This document shows, piece by piece, positions 1-12,299 of a stretch of 64,000 nucleotides of DNA. Where the stretch lies: the NCBI RefSeq assembly GCF_001194135.2, contig NC_069008.1:11750141-11814140 (forward strand), given 5' to 3'. Below the pieces are notes generated by a model, which was not told the DNA's origin, made no database searches, and saw nothing but the letters and a program-made list of their open reading frames with translations. The position numbers were made by a program, and so were the translations under genes. The stretch is from Octopus bimaculoides. Its lineage: Eukaryota. The first letter of the stretch is position 1. Every line of letters starts with the position of its first letter.

Positions 1-82
1 GTACAGCAACACTTTAATACTGTGTTACATTATACAGGGTTGGCCAAAAGTCACTCATCAAAACATTTGACTCTTTATATTA

Positions 83-84
<2 letters not shown>

Positions 85-132
<48 letters not shown>
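85..132. repeat. (TTA)n microsatellite
   Basis: Direct reading of the perfect TTA run. Confidence 0.95.
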
Positions 133-133
<1 letters not shown>

Positions 134-350
134 GGCAGTGAGCTGGCGGAATCGTTAGCACACTGGACAAAATACTTAGCAGTATTTCACCCATCGCTAT
201 GTTCTGAGTTCAAATTCTGCCAAGGTCAACTTTGCCTTTCATCCTTTCGGGGTCAATAAATTAAGTGCCAGTTAAATACTAGGGTTGATCTAATCAACTG
301 GCTCCCTCCCCACAAATTTCAGGCCTTGAGCCTATAATAGAAAGGATTAT
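133..350 (+). mobile_element. tRNA-derived SINE, family A (tail type 1)
   Basis: Head ggcagtgagctggcggaatcgttagc and B-box-like gagttcaaattc; same head/body recurs at 885-1116, 18175-20058 and 27885-28082. Tail aaatttcaggccttgagcctataatagaaagg. Confidence 0.85.
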
Positions 351-539
351 TATTATTAAGCAGTGCACTGAACAGAATGCTGCCACTCCAGTCATTAACT
401 ATGATTAGTCAACTTGATTAATTATACACATGACTAAGCGATGTCCTACTCCAATTATTTTACACATCTCAGCAGTAGTTCCTTCTGGGGTAGGGTTCCT
501 AACTTTCATTTCTTAATTGCTTTGGCTATTAAACTGCAG

Positions 540-1290
540 TCAACTAGGAAAGCTATTGGATCCATGTTGAGAAGATTCACTTTCTCTTGAGCATTCTCCA
601 CACTTAAGCTTTTCATAGTAACATTTCCATGCCTCTTTCTTTCCAGAATTACTCAGTGCAAGTCCACTATCACCCACAACCTCCTGATCCTATGATAGAC
701 AGATCCAGAGCTACTTGCTGCTCTGATCCTCATGCTGCAGAACATTGGAATACTTCTTACTGTTTGCTTCTCTTTTTGCTATGTAAACCTGTTGCCAAGT
801 TTTTCCTCTGGTTATCTGTTACAAGTCATTGCTGCCTCCATTTTTCTTGCCTTTCCAAGGCTGTCATTTTGCTTTTATGGTTCTTATTTCGTTACTGCCC
901 ACAAGGGGCTACACACAGAGGGAACAGACAAGGACAAACAAATGGATTAAGTCAATTATATCGATCCCCAGTGCGTAACTGGTACTTATTTAATCGCCCC
1001 CGAAAGGATGAAAGGCAAAGTCGACCTCAGCGGAATTTGAACTCAGAACGTAGCGGCAGACGAAATACCGCTAAGCATTTCGCCCGGCGTGCTAACGATT
1101 CTGTCAGCTCGCCCCCTTTGCTTTTATGGTTCTATCTACCTTACTGTTCCACAACATGTCACTTTAGTCTGGTTGGAGATTGGTACCAGCAACAAATTTC
1201 ATTCATTACCTTCAGTAGGTTGTCCCAAAACAACTTCCATTTCTCTATGTTATAAGTCTATCTCCATCATCATTTTCAATTAGGAAGAAC
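540..1290 (-). mobile_element. Degenerate RTE-clade LINE fragment (endonuclease-RT linker)
   Basis: Minus-strand remnants such as KYSNVLQHEDQ and KEAWKCYYEKL parallel the RTE text at 61240-61420 (FANVLCCEDQ...AAKRDA); interrupted by a SINE. Confidence 0.55.
885..1116 (-). mobile_element. tRNA-derived SINE, family A (tail type 2), with 17-bp TSD
   Basis: tttgcttttatggttct is duplicated at 868-884 and 1117-1133. Head/body match family A; the tail reads ttgtttgtccttgtctgttccctctgtgtgtagccccttgtgggcagtaacgaaata. Confidence 0.9.
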
Positions 1291-2239
1291 TTTTAAATTC
1301 ACAAATATTTATCTTATTTTCTGGTGAGAATGTGGTCAATTTGGCTTGTGTGCCCACCAGATTGATAGATAACACTGTATAACATGATTTTTGTCCTTTT
1401 GTAGCAATTGTTATTTCCTATTTGCTTAGCCCTATAAAGTATGAAAAAATGGTTAATATTTCCTTCAAACTTTGCTTTTGTTATATTTATTCAAACCCCC
1501 AAAGAATCCCTCTCAACACATGGCTACAATGCTCCCTCACTACTCCTGCTGATGATCAGAGACGGACATACTGTCAGCCACTAAAGAACATGCTCAAGTG
1601 GTTAAGGTCAAGCAACTGACAAGCATATCTGTCACATTAAGCAGAATATTTGCTATAGCAATTTTCTGCTTCAGCAACTCAGTGCTGAATCTGTATGAAA
1701 TGTAATAAAAAATAAGTCAGTTTCAAAATATTGATGTCCAGGTTACAAAAGCCAAGTTTGAAAGGAATAGTAGTCATTTCCTTTGATGTCTAGATAGAAG
1801 CAAGATCGTAATTGTACATGTAATACGTTATGTTACATATAATTCAAATACACGAATAAGCATTTAAATTTTGATAGGGCAGCTGATTTTTCAAAACTCT
1901 AAGTAACAGTTCTGTGACACTTTTGCAGCTTCGATAAAAAGTATATCACTCTACCTTTAATATTCGAGTACTTTTTTTCCATCTTGTTTTACACGTGTGT
2001 GTGTGTGAGTGTAGATACATATATCAAACAGCCTTATTATTTCACTACTAATTCTTAACTTTATGTTCTACTATTCACCGAAATCGCTTGTGATAGAAGT
2101 TGATGAACGAAAAAATAGTCTGACTTATTTCGGATAATGACTTCCTATTCCAAGTTGCGTCGGGACACTGATGAAGAACATGAGGGATTCACGTTCCGGC
2201 CATCGAACTCTTGCTTCGACTGCCCAAAATTCTATCCCT

Positions 2240-2290
2240 TTCAGCGCGTCGCTTCCGTCCCTGCTACATGACGTCACTTCCTCTTTCCAT
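2240..2290. promoter_or_regulatory. CpG-enriched promoter-like patch with CRE/ETS composite
   Basis: TGACGTCA (2269-2276) overlaps CACTTCC, and gcttccgt lies just upstream. No gene could be assigned. Confidence 0.35.
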
Positions 2291-3984
2291 TTCAACCCCC
2301 CTCAATATCAAAGTACCAATGTCAGATGTCTTTTTAATTGTTGCTCTGGCGACATTCTGTATTGGTTACATCATGTTATATTTGATATCAAGAGATCCTA
2401 CCTTGTAACACAATTTGTAGTTAACCACGTCGCGAAATACAGTGTTACAGACGACAATCAATTAAAAAGAAAAGGGATGTCGTAAGAGTTGTTGTTCTTG
2501 ATTTTATAAATACGCATGCGTATTGTTGTTTTTTGGATTATTTTTAATTTCGACTAGAGGAGGTAGTGGTGGAGGGCATATTGATCTTTTACTTCAGTGA
2601 CCAATCTGGGGTACAGCCTTGATAAAAAAAAAAGTCTCTACAAAGAATCGACCCCTGTACCTCTCAAATTGCAGCTGAGTGCTCTGAACCATTAATCTAA
2701 GAGACCCTTGATTTCTTGTTATTTTCTCTTTATTTATGTTCAACCATTATATTGCAACACCATTTCGTCGTATAGCATCGTCTTTGGGTGAAAAAGTAAA
2801 CGGCATAGTTGCTGTTGTTATTGTTGAAGTTGATAAAGTTTGAAACACATTTTTTTTCAAGAAATTTTTCTTCAACTTTCGCCTAATTGTAATTGAGGGT
2901 GCTAATAAAATATCTGGACAATTTTTGCTGTTTAGCTGTCAAAATTCTTTTCTTTGTTCGATTCCAAATCAATTTTTTCCCACACTAATGTCTTATTTGA
3001 TAATTTTCAATTTTCTCCAAAACTGTCTAAATCGGGGCAAAATGAGTAATGACCGATTCCAATGATTTCTTCTCTTTAATTCCTTGATGTGTAAATGTAT
3101 TGGGAAGAGATCCTCTCCAGCAGATCATGAAGAAGATATGGAGACTATTTTATGAAGAGCTTTTAAACTTAGTCGAGCTTATGGCTTCATATAGTTTCAT
3201 ACCATGTGCCATTTTCCATGACCCTCCTTCATTTCAACTAAATATTTAAAATTTTTGTTGCATTTCTGATCTCTAAGAATGGATATTGATGTGTATAGAT
3301 CTTCTTTCAAATTTAATTCTGGAGAATTGAAGAAAGAATTTAACCATACTTTCTCTTACTCATTCTGTCCGCCTAGATTTGTCTTTTGTATGCTGAAAGA
3401 GAACGGTGATAATTTTCTGAAATAGTGTTCTGAACATGTTATTGTGATTTTAACGCATTTATTTCCTTCTTGACAATACCTGGCCATGTATATCATGACC
3501 TCTGTACCTTGAAGACATGCCTTCGCTCTCTTCCTTACTCTACCATCCCATCTATGCTCTGCCCCCTGTTCCTTTTGAGTATACCTTGGCACATCACCAC
3601 CATCTCTCTCCTACTCTCTCTTGCTATCTCCCACTCTCTCTCTTTTCTTTGCTCTTCCCTCTGATTGGATAGCCATGTATCTCCTCTACAACAGTACACC
3701 TGATTCTGCCCTCATTCTTGATCACCCTTGCTCTCTCCCTTTCTCTTGCTCTTCCCTCTGGCTAGGTAACCAAGTATCCCCTTTACATCAACACACCTGT
3801 TTCTGTCCTTTCTTGTTACTTCTTTCTCCCTCTGGCCAGGTAACCATGTTCCTCCTCTATAGCAAGACACCTGTTTCTGCCTATCTGTCACCTTGTCACA
3901 CCCTAACCTTTCATCAACTGACACAAGATCACCTCCTCCAATGCCCTCTCCCCTCTCAAAGATTACTTGTCCTGCAAGTTACTT

Positions 3985-4283
3985 GGTGACCCTGCCAGTG
4001 CTAGTGTCATAAAAAAACATCGTGTCCACACTGTAAAGTGGTTGGCATTTGGAAGGACATCTAGGTGTAAAAACCATGCCAAAACTGACCTTGCTTGTGT
4101 TGGTGCCATATAAAAAGCATTCAGTCCACTATGTGGGGTAGCTGGTGTTAGGGACGGCATCCAACCACAAAATTATGCCAAAACAAACACAGTAATCTGG
4201 TGTAGTCTTTCATCTGGCCAGCTGCTGTCAAACCATTCAACCCATGCCAGCATGGAAAGCAGACATTAAACAATGATGATGAA
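3985..4283 (+). mobile_element. RTE-LINE 3' tail repeat ending in (GAT)n
   Basis: Motif gtggttggcatt..gaagg.catc...aacccatgccagcatggaaagcagacattaaa-(gat)n recurs many times in the window; it is attached to RTE coding ends at 11065 and 30905-31530. Confidence 0.8.
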
Positions 4284-5022
4284 GATCGTGTAAATAATAT
4301 TTTTTACTTAGTCAAAAATGCAGAATATATTACTCGTTCTGTGCTTTCCTATTGTAGACAACCGGTTTTTAATATTAACTGAAAGATTGGTAAATAAACT
4401 ATTACACTTTGAGACAGGTGTAATAATTGATCAGGAGACTTTCAGAATGTCTATCACTACCTCATAGAGAAGGAATTGAGTGAGTGTTTCTTTCTGTCAA
4501 AGAATTTTTTACCCAAACGTCTAATCCTATACATTTTTGACCTCCAATTCCTTTAGAAATTGAAAAAAAAAATGGTTGTTGATAATAGAAAAGTACCAAC
4601 ATTTCTGTAGGTATTCAGTAATGGAAGTTGGCTTGCTTACACAAGAAGTCTCACTATTTAAAACTAGTAATGCATCAGGCAGGTTGTTATTGCAGCATTC
4701 CTTTAAGCCAATACAAACAAATTACATCCTATCTGGACTCAGAACAATGCTATCACCATAGTATAAGAGGCTCATAACATTCATGTCTCCCTTTGACAAC
4801 TGAACATCTGATGCCAAGTTTCTCTCTAGATGAGAGCTTTCTGCACTTGACTATCAGAATTTGAAAAAAACAAAACAACTTTCAATGATTATCACAAGAG
4901 CCCTTTTGGTTGAATAGGTTTAGGTTTTCAAAAGGCAAATGCTCTAATACTTCTTATCACCCTCATCATTAGAAAAGCAGTAAATCAGTCATCAGTCCAT
5001 TAAAACAAACTGTTTCTGTCAG

Positions 5023-5415
5023 ATGCAGGTGTGGCTATGTTATAAGAAGCTTGCTTCCCATCAACATGGTTCTAGGTTCGGTCTCACTGCATGGCACCTT
5101 GAGCAAGTGTCTTCTACTATAGTCCTGGGTTGACCAAAGTCCTGTGAGTGGATTTAGTATATGGAAAGTGAAAGAAGCCCGTCGTATGTGTGTGTGTGTG
5201 TGTGTCCTCCTGTTTATTTGTTCCCACCACCACCACTTGACAACCAGTGTTGATGTGTTTGCATCCCCCGTTACGTAGCGCTTTGGCAAAAGATATTTGA
5301 GAGAACAAGTACCAGACTTAAAAAAAGTACTGGAGTTAATTCATTCAACTAAAAATTTTTCAAGGAAATGCTCCAGCATGGCCACAGTCTAATAACTGAA
5401 ACAAATAAAAGATAA
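5023..5415 (+). mobile_element. tRNA-derived SINE, family B (internal TG microsatellite)
   Basis: tRNA-like head, ccttgagcaagtgtcttctactatag core, (TG)n, tail gctccagcatggcc.cagtc..atgactgaaacaa. Other copies at about 17030, 26190, 30415, 37645, 43340, 52727, 60280 and 62030. Confidence 0.85.
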
Positions 5416-6004
5416 ACGAGGTTATTGTCCATAACTGCATGACATTAAAAAAACAAACATTCTTTCAACAATACATACTGAAGTGACATTCATGCTCTAC
5501 TACACTGGTGTTTAAATATAATTGTGTGTGCTAAAAGCAGTTAGTTATTATCCATGAAGGTAAGTATAGCTGTAACAAGGAATTTTAAGATGTCATTTAA
5601 GAATAACTTCATACAAATATTTTACCAGTTACAGTTGATACCAGAGGAATGAACAGTAATAATTTAGATTGACTTCACAAAGCTAGTAAACTCTGTAGTT
5701 ACACTGCATGAATATGTGGAGGTGCTTGTCTCCCCCTTGTAAACATAAGGACACAGGAAATGTGTCAAGGCCGATAGGAAGCGGTGCAGCTTCCTAGGTC
5801 TAACCAACAGTAGTATTATTCCCTTCAGAGGACTGTCACATTAAGTTGAAAGCATACAACTACTTCAACTCCCACTTAGATGCTGTAGATTCAGAGTATA
5901 TAGGGATTTACAGAAAACTATCTAAATAACTTTCAATATTCACAATACAAATTTGGCAGCTTTTTCAACCCAGTGAATGACAGGTGTTTCTGCTAGTGTG
6001 TATA

Positions 6005-6060
<56 letters not shown>

Positions 6061-6309
6061 CCAACAAACTCACAAATTACATACATGGAAATGATGTCAA
6101 TGACCAGGCTGACGCTCCTGCTTTTCTTATTGGTAAAGTTCTTTCGAGCTACAATCAATTTGTAACATACATCTATCTCTCTATCTGTCTGTCTTTCTAC
6201 ATACACACACACACACACATATAGTTTTAGCTTTAAGATACATCATCTGTGATGTTTCTGAGGTCTCAAAGTCTTTCAGGTTCTTTGGCATTAGACCCCA
6301 TAGCCCAGT

Positions 6310-7960
6310 TGACCCACTCAGGGTTGATCAAGTCCTAGTTTGCATCCCAACAGCAGCAAATCACTGGTCTGCTTTATTTCTCTAAAGCCACTCAGTGGTC
6401 TGGTCGTCTCGGTAGCTTCAGTGATGGAATTTATGATCCTCCTTTCTGCAGTATCAGTAACTCCAAACCCAGTCAGAACTTTACAAAATGAATGCCCCAC
6501 AAATCCTTCACAGCCCACTTGTATTGCCTCATAGGGTACAAAAAAAAAAGGGTAAAGATCCCCTTTGATCATGAATGACCATGAGATTGCAACTAGAAAA
6601 TTCCCCTCTGAGGCATAAGTCTGGGCAAGGTCGTTTGTGAACGAGTAGCAGTCACCCATGCATACCACTCTCCCCTTTCTACTCCACTGGTGTTACCCAA
6701 AGGGAAGGCAAAAGCTGATACAGCTTGGCACCAGTGATGTTGCAACTCATTTCTACAGCTGAGTGAACTGGAGCGACATGAAATAATGTATCTTGCTCAA
6801 AGACACAACACACAGGAATCCAACTCATTACCTCATGATTGTAAGCCCAATGCTCTAAATACTGAGCCATGCAGTTTCACAATGTTAGGCATGTTGCCTC
6901 ACAACACACCTGCCAACCCTGATTTCTGCACTGCTCTATTTGGCAAGCATCCTCCAACGTGCTTCCTCCATATGGCCCTCCCAGGGTACATTCAATTATG
7001 ATCACTTGTTTGGTGGAATTTGAGACCACTATGTCTCGATAGTGTTGTTGGTACAATGTGATCTGGGAACTTCAGCCATTCCATGAGATCCACTCTGAGC
7101 TGCTAGTCTGGAGCTTTGGAAAGTAGTTTTCTGAGAAAAATGATGGCCTATTTTCTGGAGTAGTTCCTGATGGACTGAATTGTTGTCAATATCATCTCTG
7201 CAACTGTCCCAATTACGTGACCATGCCTCCAGCAGTAGTGGCCATTGGCTAAGGCTCCAGGGTAGCTGCTGAGGAGATATTGAATGGATAAACTTGGTGA
7301 AGTGTCATAGGTTACCTTGATTAGAATCTGATACACTGGATGTCAGTCCACAAGAGTTTGACCAGGTAATGTTCCACTGCTGTGCCTCAGCCCACTTTGT
7401 CCAGGCTTCTTGTTGACTGAGTTCTACCACTCTGCTAGCCCTTGCTTCTACTACGCCTCTGAGGATTTCTTGTTGGAGGAGATGTTGTTGCCCTTTTCCT
7501 TTGGTCCTTCTGATCTGATGGGTTGGGAAGTAACCCAAGTCTGAACACCCTGACACCACAGCCCCAACCAGAGCCCTCTGCCACCTGCAACTCTCCAGCA
7601 CCACTCTACTACTTTCTTCCTATGTGGACCACAATGCTATCTGCAGCCACTTTTGTGTCATAGGAATCTCTATATTTCATGACCTGTCTTGTTCTTGGCA
7701 CTGTGAACTCCTCTGAAGGGCTGCTGAATGGGAGTTGTAAACTGTTGGTTGACCACCTCCTCAAAACACTGCTAACCTTCCTTTCCAAGATTTCCTACCA
7801 ACATTATAACGACAGGGGCCACAAAACTGTGGGCAGGATGGCATGCTAGTACTTCGGGGAATGAAAGGTTGTTGATATCACCTCTGTAACTGCTCTGAGC
7901 ACTTGGTCATTCCTCCAGCAGTAGTGACCATCAGCTATCAGGGGCAGCTAAAAAATGGAT
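6310..7960 (-). mobile_element. RLE-type non-LTR retrotransposon (HERO/NeSL-like), C-terminal half, degenerate
   Basis: Remnants read RALVGAVVSGCSDLGYFP...QQEAWTKW, YLLSSYPGALANGHYCWRHGHV, DIVVSNSTKQVIIIE..PWEGHMEEA (restriction-like endonuclease motif) and EAIQVGCEGFVGHSFCKVL; split by a SINE at 6553-6882. Confidence 0.75.
6553..6882 (-). mobile_element. tRNA-derived SINE, family C
   Basis: Head gcatggctcagtatttagagc, core ctccagttcactcagctgtagaaatgag, T-rich tail; siblings at 23305-23570, 35405-35700 and 39585-39785. Confidence 0.8.
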
Positions 7961-8324
7961 AGGACAGTTAATGACTTGTAAGAACACAGTATTTCGTTAT
8001 GCAATAATAATATACTATAAAGTATATTAAATATTTTTTATAAGTCAATACCATGCTTTGCTTTGTTAGCAGTGTGTTTTACATCATTTGTTAAGGTCAT
8101 CTCTACAGATATTCTATAGAAATTATAGCCAGCACTGGACAGCAAAAGTCAGTGCTGACTATAATTTCTAATTAATTGGCCCAAGTGATACAAGCTGAAA
8201 AAACTTTGAGACCAATCTATCAGCCCAATGAAACAAATGTTTTGAATACAATTCTATATTTAAGAGATGAGGAATTATGTACATTATTTACATTTGACGG
8301 ATATTTGTCCTCATCTTGTTTGTT

Positions 8325-8372
8325 GTTAACACAATGTTTCGGCTGATATACCCTCCAGCCTTCATCAGATGC
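8325..8372 (-). ncRNA. Inverted second copy of the hammerhead motif
   Basis: Reverse complement reads CUGAUGA-A-GGCUG(gagggtatat)CAGCC-GAAA-CAUU-GUGUU; retains 3' stem I but has G>A in stem III. Confidence 0.6.
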
Positions 8373-8538
8373 CCACGGGCATATGGTGTAGTGGTTAAGA
8401 GCGCTGGGTACTAACCCCAAGATTCCGAGTTTGATTCCAGGTAGTGACCTGAATAATAATAATAATAATAATAACAACAACAACAACTACATCAAAAAAT
8501 GCCTTAGGAATGAGAACTCAAGTTCGAAATTTCCCCAA

Positions 8539-8580
8539 GACACCTGATGAAGGCTGGAGGATATATCAGCCGAAACGTTG
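8539..8580 (+). ncRNA. Minimal type I hammerhead ribozyme motif (3' stem I deleted in this copy)
   Basis: GACAC-CUGAUGA-A-GGCUG(10-nt loop)CAGCC-GAAA-CGUU-G. Confidence 0.65.
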
Positions 8581-8829
8581 GAGGACAAATATCCATCAAT
8601 TGTAAATAATGTAAATGTTTTGAAGTGTAATAGCCAATCAGAGATTGTCTGCCAGTAGATATAATATAAAACTATAATATATATATAATTTTACATATTA
8701 ATAAAGTAGTTTTAGGCACTTTATCCTTTGTTTTCTACATGAACCCATCAATTTCAATCTCAATAGAAAAATATTTTGGTCTTTTTGGTTACGCATGCCA
8801 AAACACTGTGTCTCAAAAGGGTTAACAAG

Positions 8830-9445
8830 GGATAGGACAATGTTTCATTCCTGCCTCATGTGTGACAGCTTGTTGCACTTGACAAAGTGTCATAGACAGC
8901 CTGGATCAGAAATCTGATACACTAAATGTCATCCCCCACCCCTTCTCTGATCCAACCAGGTAATGTCCTGCTGTTGTACATTATCCCAGCTCCCTGTTGG
9001 CCGAGTCCCACCATCCTGCTAATCCTTGCTCCTTCAATGCATGTGTGAACTTCTTGGAATAGATATTGTCATTCTTTTCCCCTCAATGCTCCCAACCTAG
9101 CAAGTTGTGAAGTAGCCTGAGTCTGAGCACCCTGTCAACAATTGACAAGTCCCTTGACCCCTTGGCAGCACCCATCTTCCTACCTGTGCAAACTTTGAGT
9201 TCCTGTTATTTTTGTTGTTCTTAACATTATGAATTCATCTGAGAGGCTACTGAATGACGGTCATAAAGTTTTGATTGACCTGTATGGAGTGACGCTGCTT
9301 AGGCTCCTTAGGAAGCCAAGCTAGCTCCTCAAAAAAACTGCTAATCTTCCTCTTTAGGGCTCCCACAGTGGACATGTTGACATCATGTGACAGGGACCAC
9401 AAAATCCTGGGCATGGTAGTACATTTCGGCTTTAAAACAACCATG
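8830..9445 (-). mobile_element. Second HERO/NeSL-like RLE LINE fragment
   Basis: MPRILWSLSHDVNMSTVGALKRKISSFF, RMVGLGQQGA and RFLIQAVYDTL remnants on the minus strand. Confidence 0.65.
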
Positions 9446-9546
9446 CGACCAAGATTTGTATGTATGCATATATAAATGTATATATACAGCTATATATACA
9501 TACATACATATATTTATATATATAACATAGGTGTGTATGTATACAT

Positions 9547-10831
9547 ATATTTATGCATACATAAATAATGCAGTTTTTTTATGCTTCTTTTATTTTTCAA
9601 AATTAAGATAAACAAAGTTCTTTTTTAATCTAAAATATACTTTCCTTCATTTTCTACAATGCTCTTCCATCTATCTGGTAGACTTGCAAGGCCTCTCTTC
9701 CAAAATTCACCTGTCTGTGATGAAAAATACTCCTCCAGTACTAATCTGACCTCCACAGAATTCTTATTTTTTCTGTCCAACTGATTTTGAAGACTGCGGA
9801 ATAAATTATAATCAGATGGAGCAATGTCCAGCGAATATGGTGGGTGGGGCATCCTTTCCCATTCAAACTGCTCCAGGCTTTGGAATGTCATCCTTGCTGT
9901 ATGTGGCTGAGCATTATTCTGATGGAAGAATACCTTTTGTCTTGAAACCAAAGATGGTCATTTTTCTTCTGGTGCTGACTTAAACTGCTCAAGCCGCTTG
10001 CAGTAGATCTCCTTTGTTATCGTTTTGTTTGGGTTTAAAGGTTCAAAGTGTACTAAACCATATCCCACCAAACAGATAACAAAACCTTACGTGGGTGAAG
10101 ACCTTCTTTAGCCTGGGGTGCCAGTGTTTCTCTTTTCCCTACCCACTGTCTTTGGCACTTGACATTTTTATAGAGAACCCATTTCTCCTCACCAGTTACT
10201 ACTCGGTCCCCAAAACATTCATTCAGTGAGGCATGACAGCAGAGTAGAGCACACATTCAATTTCTGCATGCGATTAGACACAGGAAACTTGTGAGGAACC
10301 CACTGACCCAATTTGCTGACTTTTCCAATGGTACACAGGTGTCAATGAATGGTTGAATGACCAAATCCAAGCTTCTCTGCTAGGTCCTCAACAGTTACAA
10401 TGGGATGTTGTTCCACCAGGGTTTGCAGGACGTCCTCACCAAGCTCTACAGATCTTCCACAATCAGGCTCGTTTTCTAGGCTGTAGTTTCCGGCTCAGAA
10501 TTTCTGGAAACACCATTGACACTGGTTTATGCTTATTGTCCAATCTCCATATACTGCATTAACATTCTTCACACTTTCCATTGCTTTGGTGCCTTCATTG
10601 AACTCATAAGATAAAACATGCCAAATATGCTCCTTCATCACTTCCATTATAGCTTTGAAAAAATAACTTACAATCGAACTGCACTCTTCAAAACTTGCAC
10701 TAAGAATAAAAACAAGGTAAAATTATTACCTGCTTTTATAGTAAGTTGATGCAGGTAGTTTATCCTGTCCCTCTCCAAGTTTTAATTCATGCGATTGAAA
10801 AAAACTGCATTATTTATGAGATGACCCAATA
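9547..10831 (-). mobile_element. Near full-length mariner (Tc1/mariner) transposon, transposase pseudogene about 9625-10647
   Basis: N-terminal EHIWHVLSYEFNEG..VYGD, VVTGEEKWVLY, LHPRKVLLSVWWD, HQNNAQPH, HPPYSLDIAPSDY. TIR core cataaataatgcagttttttt at 9560-9580 is inverted at 10798-10818; about 1.28 kb, in TA-rich flanks. Confidence 0.9.
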
Positions 10832-10949
10832 TATATATATATATATATAAAATCTTTTAAAATGCTGCAGCTTCAAAACTGCTGTCATGCTGGAGCACCA
10901 CCACTGACTGTGCTACACCATTATTTGAAACCTCCTCTGATATGTGGCA

Positions 10950-11065
10950 TTTGGTGAATGAGGACGTTTCATGCTGGTGCCCTCATTTGTGTTTCCTGCT
11001 GGGAGGTAAGCTCATCTGGAACCCTTGGCAGGAAGAGATCCAGTTTTGTTTTAAATGCTTTGCTG
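10950..11065 (-). mobile_element. CR1/L2-like LINE 3' coding end
   Basis: SKAFKTKLDLFLPRVPDE...QMRAPA resembles the FK.KLD.FL..VPD terminal motif of such LINEs. Confidence 0.45.
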
Positions 11066-11594
11066 GACGTGCAATGTCGGTGTGTATGTACAACAGAAGG
11101 TGAGCATCTTGAGAGAAAAGTTAGACATAAGAGATATAGGTGTAGTGTACAAGAGAGATGATTGTGCTGGTATGGCCATGTGATGTGTATGGATGAAAAC
11201 AGCTGAGTGCTGATCTCTAACTGTGGAGGGAACCTGCGGAAGAGATAGACCCAGGAAGACATGGGACAAGGTGGTGAAGCATGATCTTTGAATGTTGGGC
11301 CTCACAGAGGCTATGACAAGTGACCGACAGCTTTAGCAATATGCCATGCTTGAGTAGAAGACCCATCGAGCCAAGTGAAATTGTAGTCATGGCAGATACT
11401 GGTGTCACACAAATTGCATATAAAAGCAACCATTACACTCACAGAGTGGCTGGCATTAGGAGAGGTATCCAGCTGTAGAAACCATGCCAAATCAGATTGG
11501 AGTCTGGTGCAGCCCCTTGGCTTACCAGCCCTGGTCAAACCGTCCAACCCATGCCAGCATGGACAACAGATATTAAATGATGATGACGATGATG
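11065..11594 (+). mobile_element. RTE-LINE 3' end (coding remnant + tail)
   Basis: LCWYGHVMCMDE..VEGTCGRDRPRKTWDKVVKHDL followed by the common (GAT)n tail. Confidence 0.85.
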
Positions 11595-12299
11595 AATCAG
11601 TAATGGTGCCAAGATACTTGAATTTAACAGCAACAACTAAGGAACCACTTTCCAAGAATGGATTTCATCAGAAACCAAAAAATGCTGAAAATGTCAAAAC
11701 ATTCACCGAAATATTGAAGTTTGATTCAACAGTGCAACCTGACCAGTCATTAAAACCAAGTTATTAAAATATTCTAACTCACGTGTATCAAGATGTTAGA
11801 GCAACTATCTTTAGGTTTGTGTAAGATGTGCAAAGAGGCAATTTTATTAAATAAATATATTATTAAAATTGTATTTCCAGTGGTGAATCAATTTTGAACA
11901 AAATATTCAACTGTCTCAAAAATGTTATCCAACAAATATAATTATAAGTCAAAATTTAGAAAATTTTTTAGATGATTTTCATTTACATATAAATGTGAAT
12001 ATTTTGTTACAAATTTCAATAAAATTTTACATAATTTTTTTCTTTTAGTCGATATTACAAATCAGTATGTAGAAATTAGTTTTTTTTTTTTTTTTATTGA
12101 ATACTTTTTAAACAACTTAGTAAGTCAAATACTCAACATTATCCAAGCATCACACCACTAAGCTGTCTCTGCCCTAGAACAGATTGTCTTGACCACCTGT
12201 AAACATGCAAATTACAATCAATGCTGCAATATCAATATAAAAATGAAGTTGATCAGATTCTTTTGCATAACAATAATAAAAAAGTATCACTTTTAAATG

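Larger units (their letters stand above)
8236..8617 (+). mobile_element. Penelope-like non-autonomous unit: inverted 3' segment + tRNA head + (AAT)n + hammerhead motif
   Basis: A-box tggtgtagtgg at 8384-8394, B-box-like gtttgattcc at 8429-8438, (AAT/AAC)n at 8452-8487. Segment 8544-8613 is repeated in inverted orientation at about 8280-8368. Confidence 0.7.

Noticed and set aside
629-1255. 208-aa ORF
   Set aside because: Runs across an antisense LINE remnant and a SINE with a TSD; no recognisable protein.
2160-2215. CUGAUGA-A followed by an 8-bp hairpin (possible hammerhead)
   Set aside because: The stem is followed by CGGCC rather than GAAA, and no stem I/III partner is evident.
8378-8445. 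tRNA gene candidates here and at other SINE heads
   Set aside because: A/B boxes are present but no complete cloverleaf; each continues into SINE body sequence.
11600-11767. Open frame that could be a terminal coding exon on the plus strand
   Set aside because: No clear acceptor, upstream exons or recognisable homology; abuts an RTE tail.
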